Below are positions 31,641 through 40,679 of a stretch of 64,000 nt of DNA, piece after piece. A program made the translations under genes and the position numbers. Below the pieces are notes generated by a model that saw only the letters and a list, made by a program, of their open reading frames with translations, made no database searches and was not told where the DNA came from. Source of the DNA: Pseudomonadota bacterium. GTDB taxonomy: Bacteria > Campylobacterota > Campylobacteria > Campylobacterales > Sulfurimonadaceae. The DNA lies in NCBI GenBank assembly GCA_043797085.1, contig JAZDQA010000008.1, positions 32,001 through 96,000 of the forward strand, given 5' to 3'. Position 1 is the first letter of the stretch; every line of letters starts with the position of its first letter.

Positions 31641-33460
31641 AGCTCTCCCTTTGGAAGATGAAAGGGGTTCTCCCCTATTTAGCAGCCCTTTTTCTAAATG
31701 CTTTTACCGATTTAGGGCATAAGATACTCATCCAAAATACCGTTTTTAAAATCTATGACAATCAAGAACAAATCATACTTACCGCGATTTTAAATGCTTT
31801 TATCCTCCTCCCTTTTATCGTATTGTTTACTCCCGCAGGATTTTTGTCACAGCGTTTTTCACGTTCTCATGTCATGCGCTATGGTGCACTTTCTGCTATA
31901 TTTATCACATTGGGAATTACGCTTGCTTATTATCAAGGATGGTTTTGGTGCGCTTTTGCCTTTACGCTTCTTCTTGGGGTGCAAGCTGCATTGTATTCAC
32001 CGGCTAAATATGGATATATCACGGATTTGGTCAAAGAAAATCGACTTAGCGGACTGAATGCTTTGGTTCAATCGGCTACAACCGTGGCGATACTCTCTGG
32101 AATAATGGTTTACACCTTATTGTTTGAAACTTCTTTGCATGGTTCATATAGCAATGAAAGTGATATTTTAAAACAAATTGCACCGCTTGGCTGGTTGTTG
32201 GTGGGAGGGTCTGTTGTGGAGTATCTGCTGACGTTGCGATTGCCCTCTAAACTCCCTGTTTCTAAAGCTCCTTTGAATCTTCGTCGATATATTCGAGGAT
32301 TTTATTTTCGCAAAAATTGGCTTGCCATTCGTAATGATGAAAGTATTTTAGAAGCGATTATCGTTTTATCCCTTTTTTGGGCAATCTCTCAAGTTATTTT
32401 GGCGTCATTTGGAGCGTATGCAAAGTCTACTTTGCACCAAGACAATACTATTGTTGTCCAAGGTCTGATGGCACTGGCTGCGTTTGGGATTATTGCCGGT
32501 TCGTTTATTGCTTCACGTGTCAGTCGCTACTATATTCATAACGGTCTTATTCCTATGGGATCGATCATTTTGACGTTTACCCTCTTTGCATTACCGTTTG
32601 CTACGTCACTTACTGTTATTGGCGGACTCTTTTTTCTGTTTGGGATAGGAGGAGCTGCCATGATTGTCTCTCTTAATGCCCTGATACAGTCTCGTGTTCT
32701 AGCTGCACGATTGGGATATGTCCTTGCGGGAAATAATTGGATGCAAAATATTTTTATGACAGGCTTTTTAGTCCTCACGACCCTTGCTGCAATGTTTGGC
32801 ATGAACAGTCTTTATCTATTTTGGATGATGTTTGGTGTCTCTTTGCTCCTATCGCTTTGGCTGATAAAGCGTCATGGAGATTATTTACTTTGGCTCTTTT
32901 TTGAAAAACTTTTATCTCTTCGCTATGATATTAATCCTATCGGTTTGCATCATATTCCTCACAAAGGGGCCGTTTTGTTGCTGGGAAATCATATCAGCTG
33001 GATTGATTGGATTGTGGTTCAAATCGGTATTCCGCGTCGTATTGGCTACATGATGGAACGTTCTATTTATGATAATCCTCTCATTCGTCCTATTATGGAG
33101 CTTGGTCGTGTGATACCAGTATCGGCTCGTGCTTCCAAAGACGCGTTTAAAGCCGCTCAAGCGCGATTGCAAAATAATGAGATTATCGGTATTTTTCCCG
33201 AAGGAGGGATTAGTGCTACGGGTGAAATAGAGAAATTTTATTCGGGTTTTGAAATCGTAGCACGGGGAATTGATGGTGTTATTGTCCCCTTTTATATTCA
33301 TGGCATGGAAGGGAGTCTCTTCTCCCGTAGATCAAAACAACGCACGTGGTCTCGTCGCCGTGTCCGTATCATCTATGGAGCACCTATTCCTATGGACAGC
33401 GACGCCAAAACAGTATATGATGTTATTATTCATCTAAAGGAAGCTCATGGCTCTAAATAA
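31637..33460 (+). CDS. MFS (LplT-like) fused to PlsC-type acyltransferase
   Basis: FLNAFTD, YSPAKYG, many TM segments; NHISWID and FPEG acyltransferase motifs. Confidence 0.88.
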   Translation: MKLSLWKMKGVLPYLAALFLNAFTDLGHKILIQNTVFKIYDNQEQIILTAILNAFILLPFIVLFTPAGFLSQRFSRSHVMRYGALSAIFITLGITLAYYQGWFWCAFAFTLLLGVQAALYSPAKYGYITDLVKENRLSGLNALVQSATTVAILSGIMVYTLLFETSLHGSYSNESDILKQIAPLGWLLVGGSVVEYLLTLRLPSKLPVSKAPLNLRRYIRGFYFRKNWLAIRNDESILEAIIVLSLFWAISQVILASFGAYAKSTLHQDNTIVVQGLMALAAFGIIAGSFIASRVSRYYIHNGLIPMGSIILTFTLFALPFATSLTVIGGLFFLFGIGGAAMIVSLNALIQSRVLAARLGYVLAGNNWMQNIFMTGFLVLTTLAAMFGMNSLYLFWMMFGVSLLLSLWLIKRHGDYLLWLFFEKLLSLRYDINPIGLHHIPHKGAVLLLGNHISWIDWIVVQIGIPRRIGYMMERSIYDNPLIRPIMELGRVIPVSARASKDAFKAAQARLQNNEIIGIFPEGGISATGEIEKFYSGFEIVARGIDGVIVPFYIHGMEGSLFSRRSKQRTWSRRRVRIIYGAPIPMDSDAKTVYDVIIHLKEAHGSK

Positions 33461-33818
33461 ACCAACCCAACACACTTTGTTTAAAAATACCCGCTTTGCA
33501 CTGAATGGTCTTGTTGAAGTGACTCAAAATGAAAGATCGTTTCGTCTTCAAATCCTCCTCTTTGTTTCGGGTATGGCAATAGCATGGATTTTGCCAATTT
33601 CATTTATTCATAGTGCTGTGTTATCGGTTGCTCTTTTTATTCCTCTAATCGCTGAGGTCATTAACAGTGCTGTTGAACGTACTGTTGATTTAGTTACTCT
33701 TGAACATCATGAACTGGCTAAACGGGCAAAGGATGCCGGGGCTGCCTTTGTATTTCTTTCATTGGCAATGTTGACGTTCATTTGGGCATTGACTCTTTAC
33801 GATGCATTTTGTTTGTAA
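33447..33818 (+). CDS. dgkA: Diacylglycerol kinase
   Basis: E.SFR, EVINSAVERTVD, AKRAKDAG. Confidence 0.9.
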   Translation: MALNKPTQHTLFKNTRFALNGLVEVTQNERSFRLQILLFVSGMAIAWILPISFIHSAVLSVALFIPLIAEVINSAVERTVDLVTLEHHELAKRAKDAGAAFVFLSLAMLTFIWALTLYDAFCL

Positions 33819-33838
33819 CCTTCTTTAATCTCTTATCT

Positions 33839-33861
33839 ATCCCGATTTGATCGGGAATCTA
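33839..33861. repeat. Degenerate REP-like palindrome
   Basis: TCCCGAT-TTG-ATCGGGA-ATCTA, similar to the GTCAT(T/C)CC..GG(A)ATCCA units at 55437 and 55485. Confidence 0.5.
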
Positions 33862-34003
33862 TTCCACTTTAAAATAACAATCAACTATTACTATTTATTG
33901 TATAAAAAATAAATTACTAAAATAAACATTATTTAATTTTTAAAATGATAATATTGCAGATTAAATCATATTTATTCATATTTTATAGTTAGCAAGGTTT
34001 TTA

Positions 34004-37000
34004 ATGGCTAAAAATTTCGGAGCACGTAAAAATAGCAAATATAAAGTCGTAAGTTCGTCTCCGAGTGTCAATAAAACTCCGAGAGGGTCCTCAACCCCAA
34101 ACATTCCTTATGATGTACAACAGGACTTGGGTGGATCAGAGGGGACATCCCCGAATGTCTTTTTTAACAGTGATCCCGTCTATGTAAAAACCTCCCATAG
34201 TACTAAAGTTACCGGAGATAAAGAGGGGAGCTCCGGAGGGGTAAAATCGGGGACGGTCGGTGCCCAGTCCGATCCTATAGAAGCATCTCCGAGTGTATTT
34301 GTCAATGGAAAAGCAGTAGTGCGCGTCGGTGACAAACAATACATGCAAGGGAAAAATACGGTCGGTAAAGTGACTTCATCTGAGAGCGGAAGCGCAGCAC
34401 ATATCACCGATGAGGGAAAAATAGAGGGAATTACTCAGCCCGAACCCATCCCTGAACCGTATGCAAAAAATAAACCCACCAATAACTCAGGAAGCGGTTC
34501 ATTAGGTTCCCGCACCGGTTCCCCAGTCCTCCTTGCCTCAGGTAAACTTTTTTATACTCAAAGTGATGTTGAGCTTATCGCTTCAATAGCTTTTGGGTTA
34601 CGTCGAACTTACATCAGTGACGGGCGAACAGGGATATTCGGCAGAGGATGGCAAAGCAGTTATGAGACTCGACTGAATCGAAGCGATCCGCATACTCTCA
34701 GTCTCATTTTTACCGACGACCAAACCTATCGCTTCACCTATGCCGAGAAAGGCTTTATCGATACGGATGATTTGGGAGCCAAACTCACTATCATCAGTCC
34801 ACAAACCTTTTTACTCGAATACTTTCATGATGCACATACCGAGCTGCATGTGAACGGATTTCTCACCAAGATCAAAGATCGTAACGGCAATACTCTCGAT
34901 TTTATTCGCGAAAATAACGGAAAACTCATCCGCATCACTTCGCATCACGTCACACTATCCTTTAGTTACAACAAAGAGGGGCTTGTCTCGCAGGTAAGTG
35001 ATCATACCCACCGTGTATGGAGCTATACCTATAACACATCAAATGAGCAACCTACTCATTATACCCTCACGCATGTCACTGATCCGATGGGTGGGGTGAT
35101 GCACTATGTCTATCAAAAGAACGCCCCCTATTTACTAGAACGTATCATCGACGAGAGTGGTGTTACAATACTCGATGTGACTTATGATACCGTAGGGCGT
35201 GTTGAGAGCTACACCGAAGAGGCTCTTAGCTATACCTACCGCTATGAGCCAAACCGCGTTATAAAAACAGAGGCTACTGGGGATAAAACGATTTACGGGA
35301 TCGACAACTTCGGAGCCATTCGCGCTATCACCTATCCTGATGGTTCCACAACACGAGAAGAGTATCATGACAACATCTCTATCGTTATCGATGAGGGGGG
35401 AAACACCCATATCCGAGTTTTTGACAACCGTCACCGTCTCATTCGTGAAATCACCCCCGATAAAAGCACTATACTCTATAGCTACAAAGGAAACAACCCC
35501 TACCCATCACACATAAACCGTGAGGATAAAATCACGACGCATGTATATGATGAGCGTTACAATAAACTCAGTACCACATACAGCGACGGGACAACCGAGA
35601 GCTATTCGTATGAGGAGGTGAATGGCAAAGCCAGAGAGACCACCCTGGGGTATGATCGCGGCAACAAGATCACTTTTATCGACCGCTCCGGTGTCTCTAC
35701 CTCGTATGCCTACAACGATTTAGGACAACAGATCCGTATCAGCGATGCACTCGGAGGTGTTACTCAAAACGTCTATGATGATCTCGGTAACCTCGCGACG
35801 ATTATCGATTCACAGGAGCGGATCGTGCAGTTCGAGTACGACACCCTCTCACGACTGATAGCTATCACGGACAATGCTCTCATAAACACTCGCATCTATT
35901 ACGACAACGCAGGACGCATCAGTGCCGTTCGTGAACATAGCGGGGGGATGACCCGATATGCTTATGATAGTAACGGCTTTTTATCACGCATGATCAACCC
36001 CGCCGATCAGCTCCGCATCTACACCTATGAGGGTAATCGTCTCGTCTCGATTTTGCGTGAAGACGGAGAGAGTTACCGATTTACCTATGATAAAAAAGGG
36101 CGCAGAATCTCTCAGAGTATCGGCGATAAAACACTCTCATACAGTTACGACACCTTGGGTAATTTGTTGCGTATCGATGATGGTCTTACCGCTATCGAAT
36201 ACGTCTATGATGTCAATGCCAACATACTATTAGAGCGTTTAGGGGAGGAGAGTGTTTCGTATGCGTATAACACCGATGGTTCCAAACGCTTTATCGGCTA
36301 TGAGGGGATGAACTATCAATTGCAGCGTGATGAGAGGGGCAATCTTGCCCACATACGCAGAGGGTTAGAATTGTACGCCTTCCAATACGATCCATTGAAA
36401 AATCAAACCGCCCTCTCGTATCCCAACCGTCTCACCCAAAAGAGTCTATTTGACCCGTTAGGTCGACTGATAGAGCGGAGCGTTGCCGATGATACCCTCG
36501 TCTATACCTATGACAAAAGCTCACGCCTCACTTCGCGTAACAAACGTCCCTATCTCTATGATGAGGCGGGTCGTATCATCCTCTGTGATGAGGAGAGCTA
36601 TGCCTATGATGAGTTGGGCAATATCATCATCGACAACACCCTGATCGATCCCCTAACCCACCGATTGCTTCGGTACGGTGATAGCGATTTTACCTACGAT
36701 ACATTAGGACAGATGATAGAGAAAACCTCTCCTGAGGCCCGCACTACCTATACCTATGATATCGAGGGGTATTTGATAGGGTATCAGCGCACGGAATCGG
36801 ATTCGTCATTCCGTGCACGGTCATGGAATCCATCCCCCGTATTGGAACTTCGTTTCACCTACGACCCACTAGGGAGACGAATCAGCAAACACTTTAAGTC
36901 GTTTGTGGTGAGCCAGTCGAACCATGAAACGATAGAGGAGTACCACCACCGCTACCTCTACGCAGGAGACAACATCGTAGCCATCTATGATGCAGACACA

Positions 37001-38284
37001 GATGAACTGATTGCTACACTCTTGCATGATGAGGGGATTGATACACCTCTCTCCATCAGTGTTTATCCAACTACTCCTCTTAGTTCTGAGGAGCAATACC
37101 ATTATGAAACATTGGATGAGAGCGAGCAATATCTTTTTAGAGAGTCACGTATTCAAACCTATTACTACCACCGAGATCATCAGAACTCTATTCTCTCTTT
37201 GACAGATAGAGAAGGTAAGATTGTTGAGAGCTACAGTTATGATGCCTATGGGAAAATCATCCATAGTACCAAGAGTGTAGAAACCTATAACCCTTATGGG
37301 TATACGGGACGGGAGATAGATGCGCCTGATCTGTATTACTATAGAGCACGTTATTATGATCCTACTATAGGACGATTCATCACTCCCGACCCGATAGGGT
37401 TTATGGGTGGGGATACGAACTTCTATCGCTATGTTGGGAATGATCCGGTGAATTTTATTGATGATAGCGGGTTTAGTGCACACGCAACAGGCGAAGCAGT
37501 TAATCATTCTCAACAAATGCTTTCAAAAACTACCGCAGGAACGAATCCGACCCCTCCAAAACCTAAACCCTCTAATGGTGGAGGAGCTTCGGCTAAAATG
37601 AATTGCGGGGTTAAGGTGGCAGGAACTCCACCAAAACTAAAAGAGGAATGTTGTAAAAAACCTGTTCCAGCGATAGCTCCAACACCAAATTCACCAAACT
37701 ATTATCAACTTAGACATGATAATTATAATACAAGACATGAACCATGTGGAAAGATTCCTGGTCCACCTGTATATTATAAGGAATATGGTTATTATTATTG
37801 CAATAAGTTTTTGACTAAAACATATCAAAATCTATCACCTGCTGGGCAAAAATGGTTAAACGAAACTTTAAAATTGCTCCAAATATTTATGGACAAAGGA
37901 TTGGTTAATTTAAACTACACATCAACTAACAACAAAAGGTTTACCAATAAAGTCACAACTATTGGACTACAAGCTTTTTATACTGGAATTGAGTGTCGAA
38001 ATATAGATCATAAGGATTTTGCATTTGCGACACACCCTGATGCTTACAGACCAAAAGATATGAAAACTCTCCCTTGCAGCGATTTACTAAAAATTTCTAA
38101 AACTCCCGACTGGAAAGAATGGCTAGATGGTGCTACATGGGAACAAGCCAATATTATGCGTGAGAAAATGGGTGTGTGGTCAACTATTAACAACTGTAGC
38201 AAAGCAGAAGCTGGCATGAGAACCGATCAGATCAAAGAAAAAGCGGAAGATTTACTAGAATCTATACGAAGCTTATTCCAATGA
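34004..38284 (+). CDS. Rhs polymorphic toxin with N-terminal PAAR-like (DUF4150) domain
   Basis: N-terminus SPSVNKTP..IPY...SPSVFVNGKAVVRVGD; GRGW, YD repeats, YYYRARYYDP.IGRF..PDPIG, YVGNDPVNFIDDSG. Confidence 0.93.
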   Translation: MAKNFGARKNSKYKVVSSSPSVNKTPRGSSTPNIPYDVQQDLGGSEGTSPNVFFNSDPVYVKTSHSTKVTGDKEGSSGGVKSGTVGAQSDPIEASPSVFVNGKAVVRVGDKQYMQGKNTVGKVTSSESGSAAHITDEGKIEGITQPEPIPEPYAKNKPTNNSGSGSLGSRTGSPVLLASGKLFYTQSDVELIASIAFGLRRTYISDGRTGIFGRGWQSSYETRLNRSDPHTLSLIFTDDQTYRFTYAEKGFIDTDDLGAKLTIISPQTFLLEYFHDAHTELHVNGFLTKIKDRNGNTLDFIRENNGKLIRITSHHVTLSFSYNKEGLVSQVSDHTHRVWSYTYNTSNEQPTHYTLTHVTDPMGGVMHYVYQKNAPYLLERIIDESGVTILDVTYDTVGRVESYTEEALSYTYRYEPNRVIKTEATGDKTIYGIDNFGAIRAITYPDGSTTREEYHDNISIVIDEGGNTHIRVFDNRHRLIREITPDKSTILYSYKGNNPYPSHINREDKITTHVYDERYNKLSTTYSDGTTESYSYEEVNGKARETTLGYDRGNKITFIDRSGVSTSYAYNDLGQQIRISDALGGVTQNVYDDLGNLATIIDSQERIVQFEYDTLSRLIAITDNALINTRIYYDNAGRISAVREHSGGMTRYAYDSNGFLSRMINPADQLRIYTYEGNRLVSILREDGESYRFTYDKKGRRISQSIGDKTLSYSYDTLGNLLRIDDGLTAIEYVYDVNANILLERLGEESVSYAYNTDGSKRFIGYEGMNYQLQRDERGNLAHIRRGLELYAFQYDPLKNQTALSYPNRLTQKSLFDPLGRLIERSVADDTLVYTYDKSSRLTSRNKRPYLYDEAGRIILCDEESYAYDELGNIIIDNTLIDPLTHRLLRYGDSDFTYDTLGQMIEKTSPEARTTYTYDIEGYLIGYQRTESDSSFRARSWNPSPVLELRFTYDPLGRRISKHFKSFVVSQSNHETIEEYHHRYLYAGDNIVAIYDADTDELIATLLHDEGIDTPLSISVYPTTPLSSEEQYHYETLDESEQYLFRESRIQTYYYHRDHQNSILSLTDREGKIVESYSYDAYGKIIHSTKSVETYNPYGYTGREIDAPDLYYYRARYYDPTIGRFITPDPIGFMGGDTNFYRYVGNDPVNFIDDSGFSAHATGEAVNHSQQMLSKTTAGTNPTPPKPKPSNGGGASAKMNCGVKVAGTPPKLKEECCKKPVPAIAPTPNSPNYYQLRHDNYNTRHEPCGKIPGPPVYYKEYGYYYCNKFLTKTYQNLSPAGQKWLNETLKLLQIFMDKGLVNLNYTSTNNKRFTNKVTTIGLQAFYTGIECRNIDHKDFAFATHPDAYRPKDMKTLPCSDLLKISKTPDWKEWLDGATWEQANIMREKMGVWSTINNCSKAEAGMRTDQIKEKAEDLLESIRSLFQ

Positions 38285-39468
38285 AAAAGGTTTTTAAAAT
38301 ACTTATGTGGATCGTTTTAGGCTTCATTGGCATTATCACTATAGTCCTAGTGATATTCTTTAATTTTCAAACAATCTCAAACTTAAGAATAGGATTAAAA
38401 ATGCAAGGTTTTACCGAAAAAACAACGCAATGGACAGATATAGACTTTTCAACGGTGATAGAAGGTGAAACACCATATATTGGTAGATACGACAATAAAC
38501 CATATCCAGCGTTAGAGAAATACAGGGTAAACGGTATTTATGGTATCAAAAATCTACTGTTAATCTATGGTACTGACGATATAAGCGCACTTGTTGGTGA
38601 TAAAATGCTTGAATACGATAAGTACGAACAAGCCTATATCTTTCGCTCCACTGATAACGGGAAATCGTTTGAAAAAGCTTGTTTAGGGCATGGCACAATC
38701 AGCTACGTTACAGGAACACCTATTTTTGCCAATAATCTACTTTACATCCAAGTCGATGAACAAGACACTCAAAAGGTACGTTATTACCGCTCCGAAGATA
38801 TGGGTAAAACATGGATTTCCAATGATTGGAAACCAACATCGGTCTGGAGGGATGGGACGATATTTATCGAAAACGAAGAAAATAAAAGTGCTACTATAAG
38901 TCAAGATCATAGTAAAACATGGCATCCGCTATCGGGTACACTAAAAGAGTTTTATGATAAAACGCAATCATTGCTACAACTAAATGAAAATACTTTAGTG
39001 GGCATGACAGACAACAAAGAATTTCTATTCCTTGATCTAAAAACCATGAAAATAGAAAAAAAGATTTTTGAAACGCCTGAGAATAAAAAAATAGTTGGAT
39101 TTGCTATTAGCAATCATCAGCTAGGCTTGGAGCTTGAAGAGTATGCTCTTAATGATGGAAGAGATATACAAACATCGTATTATTTTCCGGAAACTAAAGA
39201 ATATGTGAATCTTCCAAAACAGTTACCATATCACGTTTATTGGGATGTCAAAGATAACTACATTGGTGGAATTATGCATTATGGCGATGATGTGTTTGGG
39301 ACAATTGTTCATGTTTATACGTTAGATCGAGGCAAACACTGGAGTTATGAAATACTGGATAAATATAATCTAATGACAGCATCTGCGTATATCGATGGTC
39401 AATTTTGGTTTGTTGCAAGTAAAGATTCTGCTGGAGGTGTTTTTTTAACCAAAGGGAAAATTGAGTAG
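38281..39468 (+). CDS. Putative cognate immunity protein, membrane-anchored Asp-box (BNR) beta-propeller
   Basis: ATGA overlap with the rhs stop; N-terminal TM; Asp-boxes STDNGKSF, SEDMGKTW, SQDHSKTW, TLDRGKHW. Confidence 0.7.
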   Translation: MKKVFKILMWIVLGFIGIITIVLVIFFNFQTISNLRIGLKMQGFTEKTTQWTDIDFSTVIEGETPYIGRYDNKPYPALEKYRVNGIYGIKNLLLIYGTDDISALVGDKMLEYDKYEQAYIFRSTDNGKSFEKACLGHGTISYVTGTPIFANNLLYIQVDEQDTQKVRYYRSEDMGKTWISNDWKPTSVWRDGTIFIENEENKSATISQDHSKTWHPLSGTLKEFYDKTQSLLQLNENTLVGMTDNKEFLFLDLKTMKIEKKIFETPENKKIVGFAISNHQLGLELEEYALNDGRDIQTSYYFPETKEYVNLPKQLPYHVYWDVKDNYIGGIMHYGDDVFGTIVHVYTLDRGKHWSYEILDKYNLMTASAYIDGQFWFVASKDSAGGVFLTKGKIE

Positions 39469-39482
39469 TGGCACTATCCGCC

Positions 39483-39614
39483 AATAATGCAGGATGTATC
39501 AGTGCCGTTCGTGAACATAGCGGAGGGATGACTCGCTACGCCTATGATGAACGCGGATTTCTATCTCGTATGATCAATCCTGCCGATCAACTCCGTATCT
39601 ATACCTATGAAGGT
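39483..39614 (+). pseudogene. rhs core remnant
   Basis: Diverged copy of 35903-36034 (NAGCISAVREHSGGMTRYAYDERGFLSRMINPADQLRIYTYEG). Confidence 0.85.
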
Positions 39615-39662
39615 ATATAAAGAAATTGTAAAAGCAATGAATCTTGAAATCGGAGAAATAAA

Positions 39663-40390
39663 ATGAAAAAAGTCGGATTAATATTTATACTGATAATTTT
39701 ACAATTATCAGTATATGCTAGTGATTATTTTGAATTTAAATATACTAAAGTTGGCTCAGTTCAAATTTTTAGAAATGGATTGAAACTCGATGTCTCTAAA
39801 ATTGAGTATATTGCTGAACCTTCCAAAGGACATGAAGTTGATTTGGATAATGATGGAATTCCTGAGATTAAAATTACCTTTATAGACTTGGGCGGATCTA
39901 GCGGTACTGAGTCAAAATTTTTGAAATATGAGCCAAAAACAAATACTATAAAAGAAATAGTATCAAATGTTGATTTGCATAATGTAAAATTTATTAATAG
40001 TTATATTATTAGTTCTTATAGTGATGTTGGTTTCTGGTATGAAGCAGTTTCAATATATGATACTAAAAGCAATAAAATAAATTTACTCTATAAAGATCAA
40101 AACGGATATACTGACTTAGGGTTATTAAGACATAAAGGTAATTTTACTCAAATAGTTGATAAAAATAAAAATATTTTAGAGAGACAACCACTTATTCTAC
40201 CTTTAACATCTAAAAGTATTTTGTATAAAAATCCTTCCGAATCATCTCAATCAAAAATGTACCTAATCGCAGGCGACAAAGTTACATTGTTAGATAATAA
40301 AACTGACGAATCGGGCAAGAATGGTACTACATCAGCTACCAAGGGAAAAAAGAGATAAAGGCGTGGATAAAAGCTGAAGTGGTGAAATGA
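39663..40390 (+). pseudogene. Secreted orphan immunity-like protein with C-terminal SH3b-like tail, frameshifted
   Basis: Signal peptide; MYLIAGDKVTLLD..DESG continues in another frame as QEWYYISYQGKKEIKAWIKAEVVK*; uncorrected ORF ends at 40358. Confidence 0.7.
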
Positions 40391-40596
40391 ATCTCTCCCG
40401 TTGAAAAATAAAGAATTTCAAGACGTTTTACCTTGGTTTTTTTGGGCTAGTAAAAGAAGCAAAATAGGGAATTTTTTAAAGGTGAGGTATCTATCGACAC
40501 TGGAGATGATGCCGTAGAAGCTACCAAAAAAGCAATACAAGGTCTATTCAAATAAAAAAAGTTTTAAGGATATTCATTTGCCCTATTTTTTGAATT

Positions 40597-40637
40597 AATA
40601 TGTCATTTTGACATCTATTTGTAATCCTCTCTAAAAT
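40597..40637 (+). promoter_or_regulatory. dinB promoter with palindromic operator candidate
   Basis: Inverted repeat ATGTCA-TTT-TGACAT (40600-40614) overlapping TTGACA-N18-TAAAAT. Confidence 0.5.
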
Positions 40638-40679
40638 CCTACTACACTGCTTTTACTATAAATCAGGGGAGGGCATATA

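Noticed and set aside
34700..37440. Tandem repeat or CRISPR-like array in the Rhs region
   Set aside because: The periodicity comes from protein-level YD repeats; no repeat-spacer array was seen anywhere in the window
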